Positions 57,099-64,000 of a stretch of DNA of 64,000 nt are shown piece by piece. The translations under genes and the position numbers were made by a program. Position 1 is the stretch's first letter. Every line of letters starts with the position of its first letter. The stretch spans positions 3,392,001-3,456,000 of the forward strand of contig OX638340.1 of assembly GCA_951812955.1 (NCBI GenBank), read 5' to 3'. The notes beneath the pieces were generated by a model that saw nothing but the letters and a program-made list of their open reading frames with translations, ran no database searches and was not told where the DNA came from. This stretch comes from an uncultured Gemmatimonadota bacterium. Lineage in GTDB: Bacteria; JAAXHH01.

Positions 57099-57965
57099 AT
57101 GAGTTTCGGTAACGGGGCCTACAGGTACGAGGTGCAGGAAAACTGGTGGAAGCTTCCTGAAGGGTGGTCCTTCGGATGGATAACCGGAGTCGCCTGCGAT
57201 TCAAAGGACCAGGTGTACGTCTATTCCCGAAGCGAGCATCCCCTGGTGGTCTTCGACCGCGACGGAACGTTTGTCAAGACCATCGGCGACGGCATACTGA
57301 AGGACGCTCATGGTATATACATCGACGGAGAGGACAACATCTTCCTGGTCGACTGGCTGGACCACTGCGTCCGCAAGTTCGACGCGGACGGGAACCAGGT
57401 CCTGGTGATTGGCACGCCCGGTGTTCCGAGCGACAACGACGGTGATCCTTTCCGCAAGCCGACGGAAGCGGTCGTCGCGCCGAACGGAGATATCTACGTG
57501 TCCGACGGGTACGACAACGCCCGGGTACACCGGTACGACGCCGAAGGGAACCACATCCACTCCTGGGGCAGCTGGGGTGACGGCCCCTCCCAGTTCGCGC
57601 TGAGCCACTGCGTCCGCATTGACCGGCATGACCGGCTGTGGGTGTGTGATCGTGAAAACCAGCGCATCCAGCTATTCGACCTGGAAGGCAAGTTTATCGA
57701 GGAGCGACACGTTCCTGGCAAACCCGACACCGTCTACTTTGATCCGGTAGAAGATATAGCGTACGTGGCCGAGCTGGAACAACAGGTGGGTATCTACACC
57801 CTGGACGGCGACCTGGTCAGCAGCTGGGGCGGCGGTAAGCGGAGCGATCGGCCGGGCGAATTCGCCGGCTGTCCCCACGGCATCTGGATGGACTCCCACG
57901 GCGACCTCTATGTCGGCGAAGTTCAGGCCGACGCCAGGCTGCAGAAGTTCGTGAGATCGAGGTAA
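57099..57965 (+). CDS. NHL-repeat beta-propeller protein
   Basis: Repeated ...G.F..P.G.A.D..G..YV.D..N.R...D motifs over 288 aa. Confidence 0.75.
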   Translation: MSFGNGAYRYEVQENWWKLPEGWSFGWITGVACDSKDQVYVYSRSEHPLVVFDRDGTFVKTIGDGILKDAHGIYIDGEDNIFLVDWLDHCVRKFDADGNQVLVIGTPGVPSDNDGDPFRKPTEAVVAPNGDIYVSDGYDNARVHRYDAEGNHIHSWGSWGDGPSQFALSHCVRIDRHDRLWVCDRENQRIQLFDLEGKFIEERHVPGKPDTVYFDPVEDIAYVAELEQQVGIYTLDGDLVSSWGGGKRSDRPGEFAGCPHGIWMDSHGDLYVGEVQADARLQKFVRSR

Positions 57966-58070
57966 TTAGGCAATCGAGGACACTCGGCGACCGAGGTAAT
58001 CCGGCAATCGAGGACACTCGGCGATCGAGGTAATTCGGCAATCGAGGACACTCGGCGACCGAAGTAATAC
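57955..58070. repeat. Tandem repeat, 33-nt unit in about 3.3 copies, beginning at the NHL gene stop codon
   Basis: CGAGGTAAT(T/C)(A/C)GGCAATCGAGGACACTCGGCGAC units at about 57960, 57993 and 58026. Confidence 0.8.
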
Positions 58071-58210
58071 GTGCGATCGGGGGAATACGCAGTACGGTTC
58101 CGGTCGACGAGTCCTCAGGTCCTACAGATTCCCTTCTGGCCCTGCAATTCCACGTAGCAGATCCCTTCTAGGTTTAGACCAGGATTCACCAAAACCTCCG
58201 GCTGCTGGAA

Positions 58211-60613
58211 ATGACCGATACTGACGAACGACATCGTGATACCCGCACGGACCGAGACCGGCTCGTGAGGCTGAGCCAGGCCAGTCTGCGCATAAGCGAA
58301 AGCCTGGATGTCGATACCGTGCTGCACGAGGTCGTGGAGAGCGCGTGCGAATTAACGGGTGCCGCAGCCGGGGGGATCGTCGCGGTGGATCACACAGGAA
58401 GTGTAAAGGATTTCGTTACGTATGGGGTGCGTCCCGAGGAGTACCAGAAGTGTCTTGACCTGCCGATCGGACCGAGATTGTGGGAAACCCTTCGCCGGTT
58501 GACGCAACCGCTAAGAATCAACGACCTTTCGTCCCATCTCGTATCGCAGGGTTTTCCTGACGATCCATGGCTGGCCCGGAGCTTTCTGGGTGTGCCTGTT
58601 CGGCATCAGGGCGATTTCATCGGATTCTTCTGTCTTACCGACAAGAGAGCTGGTGAGACCTTCACTGACGAAGACGAGGGGATCCTGGTCCTGTTCGCTT
58701 CTCAGGCCGCCGCCGCGATTGTCAATGCCCGCAGGCATGGCGAAATGCAGCGGGCAAGGGCCGACCTCGAAGTTTTGATCGACACCTCTCCCGTGGGTGT
58801 AGTGGTATTCGATGCCAGAACCGGAAAAATAACATCGTATAACCGGGAGACGCAACGCATTGTGGAGGAGCTCCTGGATCCTGGCCAGCCGACCGAAGAA
58901 CTAATGGACATACTCAGTGTGCAGCGCGCCGATGGACGTGAGATCGTGCTGGAGGACTCCGATCCGGCCGAGGTGTTCATGGACGCCACGGCGATCCGGG
59001 CCGAGGAGATTGTCCTCGTCGTTCCGGACGGACGAAAAATATCCACGCTGGTCAACGCCACCCCGATCTGCACCGAAAAGGGCGAGGTGGAGACGGTGGT
59101 CGTCACCTTGCAGGACATGACGTCCCGGGAGGACCTCGAGCGCATGCGTACCCAGTTCCTGGGCATGGTGAGTCACGAACTGAGAGCGCCGCTTACGTCG
59201 ATCAAGGGTTGCGCGGCTACTGCGTTGGGGACCCCGTCGATACTGGATCCGGCCGAGGTCCGGCAGTTTTTCCGCATCATCGATGAACAGGCGGATAACA
59301 TGCGTGAACTGATCGGCGACCTGCTGGATGCGGTCCACATCGATACAGGCACACTGTCTGTAACCCCGGAACCTGTGGAACTGGCTATCATGCTGGACCA
59401 GGCCCGTAACATGTACTTGAGCAGCGGAAGGAGAAGTCCGGTCAGTGTTGATCTGCCGGCTGATCTGCCGAAGGTGAAGGCGGACCGGCAGCGCGTCATA
59501 CAGGTGCTGGTGAATCTCCTATCCAATGCCTCCCGGCACGCGCCCGAGTCGTCTACGATACGGGTACAGGTGGTGCAGGAAGACTACCATGTAGCAATTT
59601 CAGTAATCGACGAGGGCCGGGGGATACCAGAGGATCGCCTGCCCCACCTGTTCCAGAAATTCGTTCAAAGTGGCCGGGAGGACCGCGGCCGCGGCGTAGG
59701 GGAGGGCCTCGGGCTGGCGATATGCAAGGGTCTGGTAGAAGCGCATGGTGGCCGAATCTGGGCTGAAAGCGAAGCCGACGGACTCGGCACGCGATTCACG
59801 TTTACTTTACCCGTGGTTGAAGTGGCCAAAGCAGAATTCGAAGTGACTTCAACAGGGCCCGAAGTGACTTCAACAGGGTCCGAAGTGACTTCAGCACGGG
59901 AGAAAGAGGGCAAGGATCGGAGAGTCCGGCATACGCCTTGCATACTCGCGGTGGATGACGATCCGATGGCTCTGGGACAGATCCGGGAGATCCTCAAGGG
60001 CGCGGGATTCACGCCACTTATCACGGGAGATCCCAAAGAGGTGCCGGACCTGATAGAAACCCGTCAGCCCGACCTGGTACTGCTGGATCTGCTGCTGCCG
60101 AAGAGCGATGGGATCGAACTGATGCAAAGCGAGCCTGCCTTGGCTGATCAGCCGGTCATCTTCCTGTCGGCGTACGGCCGGGACGAGACCATAGTCAAGG
60201 CCCTGGAAGTGGGTGCGGTCGACTACATAGTCAAGCCGTTCTCACCGTCGGAACTCGTGGCCAGGATACAGTCGGCACTTCGTAAGCATGACAGCGCGCC
60301 AGAGCCATTTCAGTCCGGCAGTCTCTATATCAACTATGAAGAACGGAATGCCGTTCTGGATGGCCGGCCACTGAAGCTGACCGCCACCGAGTACGGTCTG
60401 CTCAGGTTGCTTTCAGTCAACGCGGGTCGGGTGGTCACCCATGACAAGCTGCTACGTAGTGTGTGGCGGTCGAGTAAACCTGGTGACGCCCGGGTGGTGC
60501 ACGCGTTCGTGAAGAAACTCCGCCAGAAGCTGGGCGATGAAAGCAGCAATCCTACCTACATTTTCACCGAACACCGGGTTGGCTACCGAATGGCACGACC
60601 GGATGATGCATAA
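58211..60613 (+). CDS. Hybrid signalling protein: GAF, PAS, HisKA/HATPase_c, receiver, and OmpR-type winged-helix DNA-binding domain
   Basis: H-box SHELRAPLTSI, an ATP lid (...GLGLAICKGLVEAHGG), receiver Asp (VLLDLLLP...) and a C-terminal trans_reg_C (YIFTEHRVGYRM). An in-frame 21-nt x3 repeat (EVTSTGP) lies between the kinase and receiver. Confidence 0.85.
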   Translation: MTDTDERHRDTRTDRDRLVRLSQASLRISESLDVDTVLHEVVESACELTGAAAGGIVAVDHTGSVKDFVTYGVRPEEYQKCLDLPIGPRLWETLRRLTQPLRINDLSSHLVSQGFPDDPWLARSFLGVPVRHQGDFIGFFCLTDKRAGETFTDEDEGILVLFASQAAAAIVNARRHGEMQRARADLEVLIDTSPVGVVVFDARTGKITSYNRETQRIVEELLDPGQPTEELMDILSVQRADGREIVLEDSDPAEVFMDATAIRAEEIVLVVPDGRKISTLVNATPICTEKGEVETVVVTLQDMTSREDLERMRTQFLGMVSHELRAPLTSIKGCAATALGTPSILDPAEVRQFFRIIDEQADNMRELIGDLLDAVHIDTGTLSVTPEPVELAIMLDQARNMYLSSGRRSPVSVDLPADLPKVKADRQRVIQVLVNLLSNASRHAPESSTIRVQVVQEDYHVAISVIDEGRGIPEDRLPHLFQKFVQSGREDRGRGVGEGLGLAICKGLVEAHGGRIWAESEADGLGTRFTFTLPVVEVAKAEFEVTSTGPEVTSTGSEVTSAREKEGKDRRVRHTPCILAVDDDPMALGQIREILKGAGFTPLITGDPKEVPDLIETRQPDLVLLDLLLPKSDGIELMQSEPALADQPVIFLSAYGRDETIVKALEVGAVDYIVKPFSPSELVARIQSALRKHDSAPEPFQSGSLYINYEERNAVLDGRPLKLTATEYGLLRLLSVNAGRVVTHDKLLRSVWRSSKPGDARVVHAFVKKLRQKLGDESSNPTYIFTEHRVGYRMARPDDA

Positions 60614-60892
60614 AGAGTGGATTTTCGACGAACTGAAGTGTGAATTACCGACAACGTAATGTGTGGATTTACGACGGAACGCACTTCTTTGAATACGATC
60701 AGTCCATTACGGCATCGGGCCGCTCCTCCTGACCTGTCGATGCACCTTTCCTGCTGGAAGCTATTTCACCGGTAATTGTCTTTCCATGTGGCCCCCTCAC
60801 TTTCTCCTTGATAATATCCCTGCCGTTTCATCATTTTAGCTATTCGTTTTTGACACTCCATTGATACTCCTGACTCCAGTATAGGGGCGTTC

Positions 60893-61723
60893 ATGCGTAT
60901 CATCGACCCCCACACCCACGTCTGGATCAACGACCCCGCCTTTCCCTGGCCGGCGGAAAGTACAGGCCAGGTCCCCGAGGACAGGACGGCGGAGATGCTC
61001 CTTGACCTGATGGACCGTCACGGCGTGGAGAAGACTGTCCTGGTTCAGTATATCGGATTCCGATGGGACAACTCGTACGTGTCCCACGTTCTGCGCAAGT
61101 ACCCCGACAAATTCGCTGGGGTCTGCCGCGTCAATCCCGAAGATCCGGCCGCGCCGGACCACCTGAGCCACTGGGTGGAAGAACACGGATTCCAAGGGGT
61201 GCGGCTCAGCCCCTCCGCGGGACCGGAAGGAGACTGGTTCACGGGTCCCCTCATGCCGCCGATCTTCCGGCGCGCCGAGGACCTTCGTGTACCACTGCTC
61301 ATGCTCACGCGTCCCGGACGTCTTACGGACCTGGCCCGGCTTTTGGACCGCTTTCCGGATCTCGACGTGGTCGTGGACCACATGGCCGACGCGCGCCCCG
61401 ACCGTCCGGAGGAGATCCGGGCCGTCCTCGACCTGGCGCGGTACCCTAACGTCTACGTGAAGATCAGCCATACGTGGTCCATTTCGAATCAGGACTATCC
61501 CTGGCCGGACACCCATGACATGGTCGAGGCGGTATACCAGGCCTTCGGAGGACGCCGTATCATGTGGAGCACCGACTGGCCTGTCTGCCTCCCGAAGGCC
61601 GATTACGGCCAGACCCTTTCCGTCGTCCGCGACGAGATGCGGTTCATCTCACCTGAAGATCTGGTCCGCGTGCTGGGTGGCACGGCCCTGGGGCTGTGGA
61701 CCTTCGAAGATCGGAAGGCCTGA
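60893..61723 (+). CDS. Amidohydrolase-2 family metal-dependent hydrolase (sugar lactonase / LigI-like)
   Basis: IDPHTHVW...HxH N-terminus and a TIM-barrel hydrolase pattern. Confidence 0.75.
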   Translation: MRIIDPHTHVWINDPAFPWPAESTGQVPEDRTAEMLLDLMDRHGVEKTVLVQYIGFRWDNSYVSHVLRKYPDKFAGVCRVNPEDPAAPDHLSHWVEEHGFQGVRLSPSAGPEGDWFTGPLMPPIFRRAEDLRVPLLMLTRPGRLTDLARLLDRFPDLDVVVDHMADARPDRPEEIRAVLDLARYPNVYVKISHTWSISNQDYPWPDTHDMVEAVYQAFGGRRIMWSTDWPVCLPKADYGQTLSVVRDEMRFISPEDLVRVLGGTALGLWTFEDRKA

Positions 61724-61850
61724 AGTGATCAATCGGCCAGGGGCACGATTCCAGGGCACGCTGCCGGGCCGCATGCGGAATGGTCACCGCGTGAACCTTG
61801 ATTATATTAGTCGGAAGAGTCATGGCAGTTCTCGAATAAAAAACTTAAAA

Positions 61851-61874
61851 CCGCAGAAACTGCGGCATTTTCGG
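61851..61874 (+). terminator. Candidate Rho-independent terminator after the amidohydrolase gene
   Basis: CCGCAG-aaa-CTGCGG hairpin followed by cATTTTcgg. Confidence 0.45.
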
Positions 61875-62013
61875 TATCCGCAGCAACTTTAGCATCTGGA
61901 GTACCAGTAGCATCCGCGTGAACCGCGTGAACCGCGTCAACTGCGGCACCTGTAGCAACCACGGCATCGATAGCATATGATGAACGCACGATATCACGCT
62001 CAAAGGAGTACCC

Positions 62014-62781
62014 ATGAATATCCTGATCACCGGCGCCGCGAGCAGGCTGGGACAAGCGGTGGCCGAGGCCCTTCAAGGCCACATGCTTCGCCTCATGGAC
62101 GAGTCGCCCGTCGACCTGCCCGGGGAGGGCGATACCGTCGACGTGCCTGCGGAAAGCGATTCCGTCGAAGGCAGCCTGCTGGACCAGGACTTCGTATGGC
62201 GGGCGGTCCGCGGCATGGAAGCCGTCATCCACACGGGCGAGCCTCCTCAGGACCTTCCCGAGTCCGACGTGGAGCGCGAGAAGCACCTCCTGGAACTGGC
62301 TACGAGGGGCACCCACCAGCTCTTCAAGGCCGCTGTGGAGGTCGGCGTCAAGCGCTTCGTCTACGGCGGAACCCTCGACCTCTTCCGGCCCTATCCCGAC
62401 GATGTTTACATCAGCGAGCTTTGGAAGCCGCTGCCCGAACCGGACATGCCGGCCATGTCCCGCTATCTGGGAGAGCACACCGCCCGGGAATTCGCCCGGG
62501 ACTACATGGTGACGGTCACGGGGCTTCGTCTGGGGACGCTGGTCTGCGAGGAGGAAGTCGCCGGCCAGGCGCCCGACCTGCTGTGGCTGGACTACCGCGA
62601 CGCCGCCCAGGCCTTCAAACTGGCCCTGGAGCGCGACGCCTCGGACCAGGTATGGTGGACGAGCCGTTACGCCATTTACCACGTCTGCGCCGACCTGGAG
62701 AATCCGAAATACCTCATCAACCAGGCCCGCAACCTCGGCTACGCGCCGGTCCACAACTTCGCCGCAAACTGGAAGGACTGA
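62014..62781 (+). CDS. NAD(P)-dependent epimerase/dehydratase-family (atypical SDR) protein
   Basis: MNILITGAASRLG Rossmann motif. RBS AAAGGAG. Confidence 0.75.
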   Translation: MNILITGAASRLGQAVAEALQGHMLRLMDESPVDLPGEGDTVDVPAESDSVEGSLLDQDFVWRAVRGMEAVIHTGEPPQDLPESDVEREKHLLELATRGTHQLFKAAVEVGVKRFVYGGTLDLFRPYPDDVYISELWKPLPEPDMPAMSRYLGEHTAREFARDYMVTVTGLRLGTLVCEEEVAGQAPDLLWLDYRDAAQAFKLALERDASDQVWWTSRYAIYHVCADLENPKYLINQARNLGYAPVHNFAANWKD

Positions 62782-62906
62782 GGCGCGGCAACGGAAATGA
62801 AATCCCGGAGCGGCCATGGCCTGCCGGTCGTTGTAACCGGCCGTAGTAAACGGTAGTTGCACCGGCCGCGCTAGTCCGGCGTTTCAACAATCGTGAGGAG
62901 ACGTAC

Positions 62907-63629
62907 TTGAAGAAAATCCTGCTGCTTGGCGCGTCCGGACTCATCGCGCCACATATCATCCCTGTGCTTGAGAAGGATTACGACCTGCGGCTGGCCGACA
63001 TCAAGGACCATCCGGACGGAAAACCGATCCAAACCGTGGACGTGCGCGACTACGGCCAGGTGCGTGAGGCCGTGGAGGGCATGGACGCGGTCATGAATTT
63101 CACGGTCCTGCGCCATGACGACACGCTCAGTTTTCAGGTCAATACCATCGGGGCGTGGAACGTCATGAAAGCGGTGGCCGACGCCGGCATCAAGAAAGTG
63201 ATCCATACCGGTCCAGCCCAGACGCTCCTGTTGTATGCCCATGATATGGACGTCCCGGTCGACGCTCCCGACGCGCCGTCCAGCGACTACTACTTCATCA
63301 CCAAGCATCTTTCAAACGAGATCGTCCGGAGCTTCGCCCGGCGGCACGAAATCCACACGGTCTGCTACCTGTTCCAGGGCCTGGCGCCCCGGCCGACTGA
63401 ACCCGCCAGCAAAACGTCGACCCGGGACTTCCTCATCATCTATGACGACCTGGCCGTGGCCTGCCGCCAGGGACTCGAACTCCCTTCGGTGCCCGGCTTC
63501 TACCAGGCGTTCAACCTGCACAGCCATTACGGGCCGGGCAAGTACAACCTGGAAAAGGCAGAGCGCATCCTGGGATACGCCCCGCAGGAGGCCTGGTGGG
63601 ATTGGCAGCGGAGGCCGACGGAAGATTGA
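62907..63629 (+). CDS. NAD(P)-binding epimerase/dehydratase-like (atypical SDR) protein, second paralog
   Basis: KILLLGASGLIAPH. TTG start with a GAGGAG RBS 6 nt upstream. Confidence 0.7.
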   Translation: MKKILLLGASGLIAPHIIPVLEKDYDLRLADIKDHPDGKPIQTVDVRDYGQVREAVEGMDAVMNFTVLRHDDTLSFQVNTIGAWNVMKAVADAGIKKVIHTGPAQTLLLYAHDMDVPVDAPDAPSSDYYFITKHLSNEIVRSFARRHEIHTVCYLFQGLAPRPTEPASKTSTRDFLIIYDDLAVACRQGLELPSVPGFYQAFNLHSHYGPGKYNLEKAERILGYAPQEAWWDWQRRPTED

Positions 63630-63756
63630 GGTTGGTGGACCTGGCAGCGGCGGCCAGTGGATCAGCGGACGCAGGATTCGGTTGTTTTAAGTAGCGTGGG
63701 GACGGGAACAGGTATTAAGGAGTTGACCAACGACGGGTAATTATGCAGTGTCTATT

Positions 63757-63984
63757 TCATCCAACGTTCGACACCGAACTCAGGCCTCTCAAGAACCAAC
63801 CTGCCAGAACACCGACGATAGCAATGATGATCTTAAGTACATGATCCACTGTTCTCTCTCGACGACGTACACCTTCTTCCAATCGTCCAATTGATCGACC
63901 TATTTCCAGGATGCCCGTATCAAAAGAAGAGCTATGTGACCGTTGTGCTAATTGTTCAAGTATTCCTCTGATATCCTGACTCAC
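63757..63984 (-). CDS. Hypothetical small protein with C-terminal TM helix, in a low-GC segment
   Basis: 75 aa. GTG start with an AGGAG RBS. Local GC is about 48%, against about 65% for the rest of the window. Confidence 0.3.
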   Translation of the reverse strand: MSQDIRGILEQLAQRSHSSSFDTGILEIGRSIGRLEEGVRRRERTVDHVLKIIIAIVGVLAGWFLRGLSSVSNVG

Positions 63985-64000
63985 CCTACAGCTCCTGGAG

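Noticed and set aside
40730-58070. CRISPR array possibility for the 27-37 nt tandem repeats
   Set aside because: Units abut directly without unique spacers and copies are degenerate. Copy number is only 3-5. No cas genes are present.

Overview
This is a 64 kb window of very high GC (about 65%) bacterial chromosome, densely coding on both strands, with about 55 protein genes and no rRNA, tRNA or CRISPR array recognised. Gene content (GldA/F/G-type ABC transporter with DUF4340, a DUF4295 small protein, TonB-dependent receptor, PD40-kinase) and two TAnnTTTG-type promoter-like motifs suggest an FCB-group (Bacteroidota/Rhodothermota-like) organism. This lineage call is inference only.

The dominant theme is sugar-acid and deoxy-sugar oxidative catabolism. 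Components match a non-phosphorylative L-fucose/L-rhamnose-type pathway: RhaM mutarotase, an amidohydrolase-2 lactonase candidate, SDR dehydrogenases, two enolase-superfamily dehydratases, a FAH hydrolase, and aldehyde and 2-hydroxyacid dehydrogenases. Embedded among them are four paralogous PhyH-family Fe(II)/2-oxoglutarate dioxygenases, a TudS-like DUF523/DUF1722 protein and an orphan sulfotransferase-like hypothetical. I flag this combination as the most unusual candidate system. Twelve genes from position 12316 down to 1 run co-directionally on the minus strand with 9-140 nt gaps.

Other notable content:
- a PfkB-kinase/SIS-isomerase fusion with a Cof phosphatase, next to two GT9 heptosyltransferases and rlmN
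- a GAF-PAS-HK-REC-OmpR all-in-one signalling protein
- a Ser/Thr kinase with a PD40 beta-propeller
- the rpmG-rpmB pair, a separate DUF4295 gene, SufE, HupE/UreJ with a DUF6702-like partner, a Pit phosphate transporter, and a bifunctional homocysteine methyltransferase/MTHFR

The window is unusually rich in tandem minisatellites (15-66 nt units, about 3-5 copies), both intergenic and in-frame. The last ~300 nt drop to about 48% GC, suggesting the edge of foreign or accessory DNA.
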